From the human T2T-CHM13v2.0 reference genome, Homo sapiens: 64,000 nt of DNA. The notes under the pieces are model-generated. The model did not search any database. It was not told where the DNA came from and was given only the letters and a program-made list of their open reading frames with translations. Both the position numbers and the translations under genes were made by a program. The stretch is taken from NCBI RefSeq assembly GCF_009914755.1, contig NC_060927.1. One strand, 5' to 3'. Shown here one piece after another: positions 50,951-63,940 of the stretch. Position 1 is the stretch's first letter; each line of letters starts with the position of its first letter.

Positions 50951-51649
50951 TTCTTTTTATTTTGTAGAAGCAATGTCTGTATTATACAACAGCTAAAAAA
51001 TAGTGAATGATGATATTAATCAATTGAAAGAATTTTCTCCAAAAACAATGACTAGCTTTGGAATTACGTAATTCTTATGTTTTGTTTTGCCTATTCACAA
51101 AAGCTGTTGTTTTTGAATGTTAAATATAAAAACCATTTTCAATAAATAAATTTTTAGATAAGATACTAGAGCCATATTATTTACAATTGTGTTGTCTTTT
51201 CCTGTGAACAGTTTTAGGATTAAAGCTTGAGCCAAATTTCAATGAGCCCCTTTAGGAGATAGGGAAATTTATTAATACTTACTTTGATTCAAGAGTGATT
51301 GAGACATATTTCTTAATGCACCCATATAGAGTAATGTGATAGATTTTTGTGTGTTTCTTGTGAAATCAGTTGTACTGTATTAGAGACAAACCCTATGCAG
51401 GTGTGAATATGTATTTATATAATTTGATAGTGCTAAAGCACAAATTTATATAATTTGATAGCACTAATTCAAAAATTAAAATTGTTATAAATTTGTCCTT
51501 AATCAGGACATTTAAAAATCAGTCTTCGTGAACACTTTTAGATTCTGGAAGTGCTCACACTACATCCCCATGTACAAAAGGTGAAGGTGACATAATCACA
51601 TGTAGAATTTAGATAGCCTCCTCTCTGGTTTGTACATAGTGTGCATGTC

Positions 51650-52130
51650 CCCCACCTCCAATCCCAGCCTAGGCTTTAGCATCATTGAACATCTCTCTTC
51701 CAGGAATGGTCCATTTACTCACATGCCTTCTGTTTTGCTTGTGTGGTCTGATCAGCCTGAAATGCCTTTCCCTGTCGGGATGAAATCTTACTTATCTTTT
51801 CAGGTCTGGTTCCAGTGTCGTCTATGGTGTGATTCATCTCCCAATACCCCTGGGTGCAATAAAACTGGTCCCTTCTTTGTACCCCGTAGCTCTTTGTTCC
51901 TCTCCTCGTATGTGATGGCTGTTTGAGCATCTTTTCACCCCTCCACACCAGGAACTCCTCAGTGAGTTCTTGAGATCTATGCCCTATTCACCTTTCCAGA
52001 AAATTTGATTCCTGTCTTCAAGGAGTTTCCAGTCTGGGCAAGGAAGCAGACATATAAACATGGAATTACGTTGCAATTTGGAAAGTGATGTAAAACAATT
52101 ATCTAAATTAGTGTACACAGATGAGCACTA
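51650..52130. mobile_element. Degenerate L2 fragments in both orientations
   Basis: GCCTGAAATGCCTTTCCC...AAATCTTACTTATCTTTCAGG (+) and CCTGTCTTCAAGGAGTTTCCAGTCTGG (-). Confidence 0.5.
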
Positions 52131-54339
52131 ATTTACTAAAGAATCTTGCTTTTCTCATATAACAACTGAGCAGTCGGCATGTAGGTGTAGTCTGTTTCTT
52201 AAAATAGCAATGTTTTCCCAGTCTTCATATCAATATTTATGTTGTTACTCATGCTCTGTTAAAACAAAACAAAATAAAACAAAATCTCTCAAATGACATT
52301 GTATATCTAATGTTAGTGATGGGGAATTTAGGAGTCTGTTGAAAATTGTGACACATAGCAGGACTGATGCTTCATACTCCAAACCAAATAAAGTTTCACT
52401 GGACCTTAGCTGTAAGCTAAGACTTTAAGTGCCACTTATTTGTTGAGTTTTGCCACTCTAAATTGCTCAGCTTGGCACAAGATCTTTAAAAGAAGTTATA
52501 GTTCAATTGGTTTGTGGTTTATTTTCTATTATATTAAAATGACCTGCTTATATTAAAATGACATGCCTTTCAAAACCTACTAGTGCTTTAAAACATTGTT
52601 GTAGTGATAAAAGATTTCCAAATGTTATTCTGAAAAGCAAGGAAAAGGATTTCAGACAAACTCATAGCGCAGTATAGTGGATTATGTCGAGCTCCTGGAT
52701 GTAGCTATAAAATCATCTTTTCTTTCATATAAGCCTAGAGTTTTGGGCTTTTGGAAAATGTTTTCTATAATTGTTATTTTTCGATACCTGTTTTTTTTTT
52801 TTTTTTAATATTCATTCTGAGGTAGTCCTATTACAGTAGGCTCATAACACCATAACTTTACCCATATATAGCCAGGCAAAGCTTTCTGCTGTTAAGTAGA
52901 ACTTATGAATACTTAAGAGAAGCAAAGCATTGCTATTCTTGAGCAAATTCGGAGAGTTTAGAAACATTATTTTGAAATGTGCTTCCTTTAAGTCAGAAGA
53001 ACTTAATTAAGTTCCCAGGGTTAATTGTTTCTGAAGTGTTAACATGTCATTTGTCTATTCAAACTCCAAAGCAAATCTAATACGGGATTTAATAACCTGT
53101 TTATGTGAATAGAAATTTAGGGTGAGGGTGGCGTGGGAGAAGAAGGAAAAGCTAATAGGCTTTTACCTAGTTAGTGGGTTTAAGGAAGAATTCTTTCTGT
53201 CTTTATTTGAAACAAAAGGTAAATCCTATGTTCAAAACTCCTTCTATTTGGGAGTATAAATTGGGATGACAAGGAAGTTTTGGAACAAAACAGTATTTTT
53301 ACACTTTGTTCATTTCATATTTATCACTAGCTTGTTTGCTAATTTTCATTTGCAAGAGGCAATTCTTCCAGCTAACTGGGTGCCTCAATGGGCCACTGAT
53401 TTCTTTGAAGTGACAGTCTGTAAATATGCATAAAAAAGGGATGCAATTAGCGTGTGTGTGGTTCAGTGCAGCCTGATTCCATTGGCAAGTTTACCCACAG
53501 TGTTGATAAGCTACATTATCTAGAAAATTGGCCGCTGAAAAACAGCACCTCTGATTGCCAGCAAAGGTTCCAGATAACAGGGTGCTGAAGAGAAATATAA
53601 TTGAGGTTGAATATATTAACCAAGGTGTCACATGCTCCTTAGAAGCTCTAATTTATCAGCATGTTGGAATTTTTATTAACATTTGGAATGCGTTTCTACC
53701 ACACTAATGAAGTGGAATTGGCAGTTCAGGTTTTAGTTATTGTCATTTCTGAGAAGTTAAATGTAATTTCTCGTTAGACACAGTTATGTAAATATATTTG
53801 TTCAGGGGCTGAAAAAAATTATACATTTTACAAAATACAGATATGTTGTTAAGAGGCAGTGTGACAAATCAGTGGTGGCTTGAGTCCTGAAAATCAGCCA
53901 TGTATTTATGCTGCATTTTGTACATTACAGCTCTTCTTTGTGGGGGGAATTTGAGAGAAATGAAGGAAGCTTAATTTCATTAACTCTGTGACTGGCTCGC
54001 CTTTGTGAAAAACAGTTAAAATTAGCCACTGTTTTAGTAGGCTAGCACTTCTAAAAGGATTTTATGATTAAACTATTTTTTTAAATGAAAACTTGCTCAA
54101 ATTATAAGGTGAATTAAGCTTTCATGGACGATATCTGCTTTTCTTTTTTCTATTCTTCTTGGAAATGCCCAAGATTTATATTCATTTTCTAATTCCAACA
54201 AATAGGTTTGAAAGATATTTGTTAACAAGACTATTAATTTCTATTATAAAAATAAATTGAGATGTGCAAATTTGAAATTATTTTAGATTGCATACATATG
54301 TGATAACACTATATGTTTTTTGAAGCAAGGAAATAAAAA

Positions 54340-54560
54340 TCATAAACTTTGGGATAATGTTTCCTTGGGAATAAAGAGGAGGAAAGAGTCAGAGGTATCA
54401 GGGGAACATACACAGGCAGTTTCAGCTGTATATTAATAGCTACTAAGTTTGGTGATAGATTTTTGAGTGTCTGTTTTATTATGATAGTTCGTAATTACAT
54501 ATATGTAACATGTGTTTATATAGATCCTATATCAGAATATAAAACATTTTCAAAAGGAAA
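54340..54560 (+). mobile_element. Old L1ME-type 3' end
   Basis: GGAACATACACAGGCAGTTTCAGCTGTAT...TAAGTTTGGTGATAG...GTGTCTGTTTTATTATG. Confidence 0.45.
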
Positions 54561-55139
54561 TAACTCAATTTCTATTGACTCGTAAATTTTGTTTTCCCAT
54601 GGAAATGATTATGAATTACAGTCTGTAGAGCACTGTGTATTTGTAACATGCTTAGTATTAGTTAATTGCACACATCTCCGACCTCAGGGAATGATGCCAC
54701 ATTTGTCCTCCATTAGTAATAGATACGCTGGTCACAAGGCATTGGTTCCCTAGAGACAAATGACCCACGGAAGAAATTCTCAGCTTTCCCTTTGCATTCA
54801 CTCCTTAGCAACTGCCAGTCTTCTACTGTCCTATAGGGCTCCTGATTTCATTCCTTCTTCTTCTACTGGCTGCAACCACTCTTGGCATTCCTTGACCCCG
54901 TTTATCCCTGCTGCAATACTTCCGTGCATTTCACACACTTAACCTTTAGCCCTCAATGGTAAACTTCTCATCTCTATCACCTATCCCATCACATGTGTGT
55001 GGGGGGAAGATTTAGAAGATGGGGGTGGGGAGGAGTGGTGTTCCCTTTATTAGAAGGAACTTCTGGTTGGAATTGAACTTGACACAGGAGAATCTCATGC
55101 CCGTTGGACAGTTACTCTTAGGATACCCATTATGGTAGA

Positions 55140-55596
55140 TGTAGTAAATTGTCGCTTAGCACACATTTTGCTTTTCTTCCAGTGTCACCAGTTAGATAGC
55201 AAAAATCTGTAATTCTCAGACTCTCTTGCAGCTAGGGTTCTGCAAAAAAATTAGGTTCACATAGGTGCATGCAGGTGCCGTTTGAAAGGTAATATTCTAA
55301 GTGTGGTTCACTAAGTCTCTGGGTGTGGAGTGGCAATGTGGTGGCCCTGATTCCAGATCATGCTTTTATCACTGTGTCTTTGAAATTAGCTGTTCTGTAG
55401 GCAGCCTTCAGATTCCCCACATTCTTGAGCAAGCAGATGTGGAGACTCCCCTGGCCCGCCAATTTTTCAGTGTGGTTACCTCGATTTATCTGCTTCTTTG
55501 GCCCTTCCTACAGTTTTGCAGGCTCTTATTTCTGTGTGTTAAATCCCTTTCTGCCCAAGTCCTTTACTTTTAAGCAACTGAACCCTGATCAATACC
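55140..55596 (+). mobile_element. LTR33-family (ERVL) solo LTR
   Basis: TTCTCAGACTCTCTTGCAGCTAGGGTTC; TTAAATCCCTTTCTGC...AACTGAACCCTGATCAATAC. Confidence 0.7.
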
Positions 55597-55626
55597 CCTG
55601 CAAATCTGGTTCAGATGACTCCGTAA

Positions 55627-55766
55627 CAGGGCCAGGCCCAGAGTAAAGCAATACAGGCACCCATGGCACAAAACTTAAGTTGTTGGGCACGTTCAGGGTC
55701 ATGGAAGTGTCTCTTTAAATTTTATGTCCTGGGCAACTCTCTTGCCTCACTTTAGTGCTGGCTCAG
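55627..55766. mobile_element. MER91A-like (hAT-Tip100) MITE
   Basis: Palindromic layout CAGGGCCAGG...CACAAAACTTAAG...TTTAAATTTTATG...TTGCCTCACTTTAGTGCTGGCTCAG. Confidence 0.6.
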
Positions 55767-55823
55767 CTCAGTAAGCAAATAGCAGATGTTATTTATTTAA
55801 AAATAATTAAATCACATCTATAA

Positions 55824-56036
55824 CAGATGTTGGCAAAATACAATCCATGGACTAAATCTGACCCACTGCCTGTTTTTGTAAATATAGTTCAGTTGGAACA
55901 CAGCCGTGCTCTTCTTTTATGTACTATCTATGGCTGCTTTTGCACTGAAGAGCAGAATTGAGTAGTTGCAACAGAGACCGCAAAGCAGAAAATATTTACT
56001 CTCTGGCCATTTACAGAAAAAGTTTGCAGATTCATG
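55824..56036 (+). mobile_element. MER58A, full length
   Basis: CAGATGTTGGCAAA...CTGCCTGTTTTTGTAAAT...TTTACAGAAAAAGTTTGC; 8-bp TSD-like ATCTATAA / CTCTATAT. Confidence 0.9.
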
Positions 56037-56140
56037 CTCTATATGCTACTGTGGATATGCCTAAATGTGTGGGGTAAGACTGCCTGAGATCAAATTCTGG
56101 TTTCTCTATGAGTCTCTGGCTAAGTTGCTTAACTTCCATG

Positions 56141-56315
56141 AGTGGTGTGCTGGAATCACCCAAAACTTGTGGGTATCTCTTCTTAACTCTAGGTCCATTG
56201 ATCATCTTGATAGCCTGAAATCAGCCATGGTGGGAGTATTTACTTTAGGAAAATTGGGAAATGCTACAAATCGAGGCTTCCCCAGAGACCCACGAACTGA
56301 ACACTTGCTGCCTCT
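56141..56315. mobile_element. MER63A-like (hAT-Blackjack) DNA transposon
   Basis: AGTGGTGTGCTGGA start; TGAAATCAGCCATGGTGGGAGTATTTAC...AAATGCTACAAATC. Confidence 0.75.
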
Positions 56316-56322
56316 ATAAGTA

Positions 56323-56689
56323 TGGATGGACCCTGACTTATGATGGTGTGACTTATGATTTTTTTGACTTCACGATGGTGTGAAAGTGATATGCATTCAG
56401 TAGAAGCTGTGCTTCAAGTACCCATACAACTGTTCTGTTTTTTCCTTGCAGTACAGTAGTCAATAAACTAAATGAGATATTCAGCACTTTTCTATAAAAT
56501 AGGCTTTGCGTTAGATAATTTTGCCCAAATATGTGCTAATGTAAGTGTTCTGAGCACACTTAAGGTGGATTAGGATAGGCTATGATGTTTGGTAGGTTAG
56601 GCATATTAAATGCATTTTTGACTTACGGTACTTTCAACTTATGGGGGGTTTATCAAGACGTAACCCCACTGTAAGTCGAGAGGCATCTG
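56323..56689 (-). mobile_element. MER47A (TcMar-Tigger), full length
   Basis: GACCCTGACTTATGATGG...GCTAATGTAAGTGTTCTGAGCAC...TAACCCCACTGTAAGTCGAGAGGCATCTG with TA TSDs. Confidence 0.9.
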
Positions 56690-56715
56690 TACTAGATTCT
56701 TCTTTTTCCAAATGA

Positions 56716-57277
56716 TGTGACACACACACTTAGTGCCACATCTGGAGCCTCTTTAACCATCAGTGCACCAAGCCCCCAGCTGCTGTGAGTGCTGCAGCTA
56801 ACAGCTTATAGCTGTGCTCTCCTCAGGGGCAGCAAATGGCTTGCTGATATGGGTGGCACAAAAGCCCAGCTCCTTTGAACTATTCTGTCATGCAATTTAT
56901 GCTCCCGAATGCCTCTCTTGCCATGGTTTAGACCATGGCTAGACTTTGCCTGGGATTCTTGATTGGCTTTTTCACCTTCTCTATCTGGCTTCACTTTTTT
57001 CATTACAGGTTTGTTCTAAAGAATTAAGTCCAGGATCCAGACTAGGTGAGGTGAGGACAGCGAAGTGCCTAGAGCACACAATATCAGGAGGCACTCACTG
57101 TCAGGCCAAACGAGTTGTACAACCCTTCTAGGAGGAAGAAAACAGGTGCCTCCTAAAATTTTATGGCTTAGCTGTTTCCCTCTTCTTACCCTAGTCTGGT
57201 CCCTCCTTGCCCAGATAAATCACATGCACTTGAATTTCTGCTTTAGCCTCTATTCGTCAGCAACCCAACCTAAGGCA
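56716..57277 (+). mobile_element. LTR16C-type solo LTR, interrupted by MER91A
   Basis: GTGCACCAAGCCCCCAGCTGCTGTGAGTG...GCAATTTATGCTCC...ATAAATCACATGCAC...AACCCAACCTAAGGCA. Confidence 0.78.
57031..57205. mobile_element. MER91A MITE inside LTR16C
   Basis: ACTAGGTGAGG...GGAGGCACTCACT...GTGCCTCCTAAAATTTT...ACCCTAGTCTGGTCCCT. Confidence 0.7.
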
Positions 57278-57959
57278 AGTGGCAGTATAATGGATTGTTA
57301 CCTATTGATTGTTTTAAGGACTAAATGAGTTAAGGTATGGGAAACAGCAATGATTGAAACAGTAATGGGGAATGAACAAATACATGTATAGATAGAAATG
57401 GTGATGAGACAGATCACTCCTGTGCCTTTGTATGTACTCTTCTCCCTACCTTCAGTGCATGCTCTGTTTCTATTGGCTTATCTAAATGCCATTGTCCCCC
57501 TCCTCCCTCCAAAACCCTATTTTGTCTATAAAACTCTTACTGGCTACAGCATTCTAAATGACATTAATTTACTCTACATAATTCTCCAATCCCTGACTCC
57601 GTTTTTTTTTTTTTAACCAAATAATTTTTTTCCTTCCATTGTGTTTATGTCCTATAAATCATCATCTGTATAACTTACTTGAATAGATTGACAAATGTGG
57701 TAAAATCAATATAACGATATTGCAAAAATGATCCTTAGAAGTGTGAAAAAAGATCCAGCTGATAACCTTTGAAGATGTGGTTCCTGTGCTTTCTACTAAG
57801 TGTTCAAGTATAAGGACAACCCAGGGCCTATAGTTCACTCCATGTGCAGCCCAGGGAGGTGGGTATTTTGTAATGCCTACAAAAGTTGTTTCTTTGAACG
57901 ACAGACTTCTAATTGCTATATTGATAGGTATTCCCAGATATCTTAGCCAGTTTTGTTCA

Positions 57960-58590
<631 letters not shown>

Positions 58591-59514
58591 CACTTAAAGG
58601 AACCTTCTGGCACATGTTTCACTGGCAAAGAGCTTCTCTTATTTGAGTTTGATAAATATTGTTGCACTTTTCTACAAAGTACAATGAACAATCAATAGAT
58701 ATTCACAGGTGCTTTTCCTGAAATTAATCCTCATGGAGAAAATGCAGGAATGTGACACCTAAAATTGAAAGTGTGACACCACAAATTATTGACTCTAGAA
58801 GTACCCAAGTCATGAGGAGAAAGATGAGTTTAGGGTAAGGAGTGTAGCCAAAATGATTAGTGTGACATTCAAATGCTTTACAGATTGACACAAAGAGGGA
58901 TGGGTTCACATCAGAGCTGTTGTGCAGGTGTAGTGCTATGACTTGGTAATGGGAGGCCCTGCTTTGACTGTTATTCCAACACAGGAACAAATCAGTTGAT
59001 GTTGAAGATATCAGTCAACTCTGTCCTGATGTTGGCCTAAGAGCCTCCCTTAGAACTTATGTAGTGGGCTTGTTTGGAGATCATGGAGTGAACAAGGGCG
59101 GTGGGTATTAGGAGACCCACTCTGGCTCAAATAAGAACAGTGCTGCTTCTGTCTGGTAACACAATGGGAGAGAGAGTCTAAACAAATAATCCATATAACA
59201 AATAATGTCGATATAATTGTGATTAATATTAGTTAATAAAAGTCCAATGTCTTTAAAAGCATTTCCCAGAAGGAGCTAACCTAGGCCAGGGGTTCGGGGC
59301 AGTGTGTGTGAGTGTCTCTGCAGAAATGACATTTAATCTGAGAATGGAAGGTTAAACAGGAGTTAGGCTACATGTTGGTGGGGAAGGTGGTTTGGAGAGA
59401 AATTATTGCCGGTAAATTCTCAGCCTTTTTTCCTTAGGAAAATGAACCCTCAAACCACCTTGGTTTCTGCTCCTTTTCTTGCTTTCACATGCACTTACTT
59501 GCCAATACTTAGAG

Positions 59515-59680
59515 GGAACACAATGTAGTCAGTGGAAAAAATGTGGAGTGGTATGAACAGATGTTTGAACCCCAGCTCTGCTCTTCACTGAGCTGTGCAT
59601 TCTTGGGTAGCCTTCTTGTTTTCTCTGAGCCTTATCTGTAAAACAGGACTGTCCATGAAATGTAGGGAGGATTAACAATT
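59515..59680 (+). mobile_element. MIR SINE
   Basis: TTTGAACCCCAGCTCTGC...GCTGTGCATTCTTGGGT...TCTCTGAGCCTTATCTGTAAAA. Confidence 0.7.
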
Positions 59681-59689
59681 ACTCTCCCA

Positions 59690-59915
59690 ATGGCAAATGC
59701 TGCTATAGCATCTACCATGTACTGGTTTTAAAGTAACTCATTTAATCTTCCTAACAGCCCCATGAGATAGATGTGGTTGCTATCCCCATTTCTCAGATGT
59801 AGAAACTAAGGCAAGAGGTTAAATAATTTGACCAAGATCACATTGGCTGGTAAATGATGGAGCTAGGATTCAAATCCAGACAGCCTGGCTGTAAGGTCTC
59901 TGTGTTTTGCTACTA
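59690..59915 (-). mobile_element. MIR SINE
   Basis: CTCATTTAATCTTCCTAACAGCCCCATGAG...CCAAGATCACA...GGATTCAAATCCAGACAG. Confidence 0.8.
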
Positions 59916-60584
59916 ATTCTTGATTTTTAAAGTGGTCCCCAGGAAAGGGAGCAGAAGTAATCTTCGTTGTCATTTCCTTGGCTATTGGTGAACCTCAGAC
60001 CCCAAGGACTTTTGTTGATCCGTAGGACTCCTCAGGGGCACAGGGCTTGGTTATCAGAAGCAAAAGCACTCACTTTTATTTAAGAGCTCAGTATTGTGAT
60101 CATTTGCCAGAATTGGCCGTCTTGAAAGGATTGTATCGCTTGCCATTTGGTTTTCATTCTGAGGCCGCATGTGACTATAACGTAAATACTTATGGGGGAT
60201 ATCATTACTCTGAAATTTAAAGTTTACATGTCAGCTCCCTGTCTTTATAGCAACTGCTTTGGGTCATCTCTCTTCTTGTTCAAGCCAGGAACTCTGGAAA
60301 ATCATTCTCATGCACAGATTTCTATGTCACCTCTATCCCCGACTTCTAGCAACTCAGGGAAGGGTGGAAGTGGTTCCACCTTATCCCATCTGTATAAGTC
60401 ACCAAATCTTGGCCATGACCTGTGTTCAAAGACAGCATCAGGACCTTAAATTATGAGTTGTTCTCCAACAATTGCTGGATTTCTTTGAATGCCTCTGGGC
60501 GTTGAGGGCATCAAGGGGGAGGTCTTCTTCAAGGCAGTAGGGATTCATGCTCTTTTGGCTGCCTTCCTTTCTTTCCTGAAGCTT

Positions 60585-60858
60585 TGTTTGGTGAACTCCT
60601 GCAGATCCTCTGGTCTCAGTTCTGCATATCATTTTAGAACATAGCCTTCCTTCCTTGACTTCCTTCCCTGCATTGAATTCTGACCTCTTATTATGATCTG
60701 TCATCTCATCCTTACTTAACCTTCACACAGTATCTCCCTCTGTATATATATTTTTGCATGATTCATTTTGTTGTCTGTCTTTCTAGTGAAACTGTAAGCT
60801 GCATTCCAAGTAGGAGCTCCGTAAATAAGGGTGGAATGAGTGAATGAATGAATGAGTG
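60585..60858 (+). mobile_element. L2 3' end
   Basis: ACTGTAAGCT...GAATGAGTGAATGAATGAATGA tail. Confidence 0.65.
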
Positions 60859-61649
60859 GAGATGAGTAGCACTTACATAGCTATGATTCCTAGCATTAGC
60901 TGTTTTCATCATTCAGGCTAATTGGAATCCCAACCAGAGACCTTGAGATTTACTATGAAATATACCAGCACATACACTTTAAATGAATTTTGATTCCCCA
61001 TCTCACTCTTCCACCTTGACACTTTCACATCAGGATGCCCATCACACGCCTCTTTCTCACTTTTTTTGTGTGTCGTTCTTCAGCATGAGATTCGTAAACA
61101 AACCTCAGTGGGAGTGCCCTCAGGAACTCATCCAAATCATTTTGCCTGGAGACTGTTTATTAGGGGTTACCTCTAGCCTGCTGCAACCTTTTCTAGAATC
61201 ATGTAAGGGTAAAGTGGCGAACAAGAATGGATTTGAAACAGAAACCACCATAGCAATTAACACTAATTAACAGAGCTAAGAAAATCTTTCATTAGGAGCG
61301 TCTAAATCATGCAGCCTGCTTCTACTTAGAAGGGAAAGAAAAGTGGCCTGTGAACCATTTAATAAAATTTGAAGAGATTATTTTTCTTCCTCATTTCTCA
61401 GAGGATATACTGGGGTTGGAGAAGACAATTTGTTTAGAAGTGGAGTAATGGGAAAGGGGTACAGGCCCCTTGCCTTCGTGCCTGTCCACACTTCCCATGG
61501 TTCCGACCCTTGTGTTGAGTTGCTCAGCCAGGCACTTCCCTGCGTTACCTCCATGACAGCTTTCCCTCCCCATTAATTCTATATTTTCAAATTCTAGAGT
61601 CATAACCATGAGACTGACATTTTATTACTTGCAGACAACAGCAGCAACT

Positions 61650-61800
61650 ACAAAAAGAGACAATATCTATTCAGCACCTACTGTGTTCCAGGCACACTAT
61701 ATGAATTACTTTGTTTAATTTGCAAGCAATTTTGTGAGGTAAGTGCCACTAGTATCCCCAATTTACAGATGGGAATGGGACTATAGTATGGTAAAACAAC
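61650..61800 (-). mobile_element. MIR fragment
   Basis: TATTCAGCACCTACTGTGTTCCAGGCAC...TATCCCCAATTTACAGATGGGAA. Confidence 0.65.
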
Positions 61801-63744
61801 TAATTACATTGACAAAGTAATGGACTGCAAGCTTATCCCTCCCAGACACAAAGTGTACATTAGAATAGCATGTGCTTGGAAACAAGATGTCTTACCTCAA
61901 GACTGGGTGGATGTAGGTGAGTTCTGGGGAGGAATCAGTGATGGCAGAGGGGAGAGGGTTAGTTACGGTTTCTGGATAAAGCGGTCAAGAGGTCATATTA
62001 GGAAGTGGCATGGCTTCAGAAGCCTCTCACATCAAACTGTAGAGTGGGCACCTTTTCCAACTGTATACTGGTTTGACCTTAACTATATATAGGGTCAATG
62101 ACTAAGTTTTTACCAACCTTCCCAATCCTGAAAAAAATATTTTGACGGCAAGAAACAGTTAATAGTTATCTGCTTAATATCCTTCTTGTTGGTAAGGGCT
62201 GACTCACTGAATAAACATGCGAGAATTCTTTCTGGGTTCCCCCTTTTTCATTATCACCTTCATGACTTGATTACTAGCTGGGATATTTTATTGCCACTCA
62301 GGACATTGAGACAAATGTAGGGAAGCCAGTCCAGTAAGGCTCGAACATTTGTAAGTTTTAAGACACCCTTCATTTGCTAAATTCCCTCCACCTGGGGGTG
62401 CTCAGTGGGACTACTTTGATTTGGGTAGGTTTCCTAATTTGAGTAAGTCTTCCATTACCAAGTTCACATTAAATTCACTTTTGGGGACCTCTTCTTGATA
62501 TATTGAAGGAAGTCACTCTTCCTCCCAAACTCCTGACTTACCCAAATTTTATGAATACATTTTATGTTTCTTCTGGATTTTGTTAATATTTTAATAAGCA
62601 TAATATGGTTGTTGTTAGTAGACTCAGTTTAAACACAAATAATTATATAGTGTCAGCTTCTTACAAACTCTACATTGCAGTTACTATCAATTTCACAATC
62701 TAGTTCCTCCCAAATACAGGAAGGACTAGTGTGAGACACAGAGCAATAGAACAAGTTCTCTTGCAGTGAGATACTCTTTTAAAGAAGTCATAAGCTGATC
62801 AACAAATGAAACCTTAATCATAGCCTATGGCTCTAGGGCTTCTGTTTCAATTTTAAGGAATAAAACAATACTAAGAGGTCTAGGCTGTTTAAGAATATCT
62901 AATAGTTGGCTATGGGTTTCTTAAAAGCATCACTTCTCAAGTAAGTATTTATCACAGTCACTGTATTATTTCCAAACACCTTTTAAAAAATTCTTATTGG
63001 ATGTGGCAAGTCATTTCAACAAAAGGTCAGTCTGTTATTACTAAGAAAACCAGTGAAGGAAGCAAGTTTTATCTTTGGTGCTGACAAAAATCTCTCCTGA
63101 GCCTGGCTCAGGGGCCATGGCTTGCCTTCTCTCTTCTCACATCACCAGGGGGTTATACCTGATAGCTCTACTTTGTGGACTCATGGTTATCCTCTGTGGG
63201 TGTATCAATCTCTTTATCTTCTGCCTCAAGTGTGAAAATAATTTTCCCTCATTTTAACCAAGACGAATTTGGGTATTTTCAAAGGGATCTATTACGTAGT
63301 AATGAAAGTAAAATAAAATACATGCAAAGATAGAGATCTGAGCTTTTCCTGCCCATAATTTTACTCTGGCATGGTTGAGCTAGGATAAAATCCACTGGGT
63401 TGTCTGGTAAAGCTTATTGGGCAGCCTGCCCTGGTTTCTTTCACCATGCTGAGTTCTGTCTGGGTTGGATGCTAAAACAAGAGCCTCAGACTTCCAACTT
63501 GAAGCAGATTTTGGTTACAAGTCCTCCCAGGCCTGGTAAGATTTTTCTGTCTCTTCTAGAACTGGCTTCTTTAAATTCTGTAAATTCAGCCCCCTTAATC
63601 TGGGGCTACAGGGTTCTTGAATTCTTTCAAATGTCCTTGCTGGAGAAGTCTTTGCATGTAATGAGTTCTCATACTGATTATGATTAGTTCCAACAGCAGA
63701 TTTAACATGCGTTGAGCATTTTTCCCTTGCAATGTAGTGTCCTC

Positions 63745-63940
63745 AGTAATTTACACATGTATGGGTTTATTCATTTAATCCCCATGACAATCCCAGGAGG
63801 CATTATTAGTTTTATTTAGCTGAGGGGAAAAACTGAGGTATAGAGAAAGTAAAGCTACTTGCCCAAGGTTGCAGAGCTCCTGGCTGAGCCCCAAATACAG
63901 CCCGCGGCTGTTTGATTGAAAAGTTGAAGCACCATATAAC
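63745..63940 (-). mobile_element. MIR SINE
   Basis: TCATTTAATCCCCATGACAATCC...AAACTGAGGTATAGAGAAAGTAAAGCTACTTGCCCAAGGT. Confidence 0.75.

Larger units (their letters stand above)
56050..57350 (+). mobile_element. MIR SINE fragmented by later insertions
   Basis: Head AGACTGCCTGAGATCAAATTCTGG...AAGTTGCTTAAC at 56050-56140; tail GATTGTTTTAAGGACTAAATGAGTTAAG at 57283-57350. Confidence 0.55.

Noticed and set aside
55000-55040. G-quadruplex-like G runs
   Set aside because: Only three good G-tracts with a long loop
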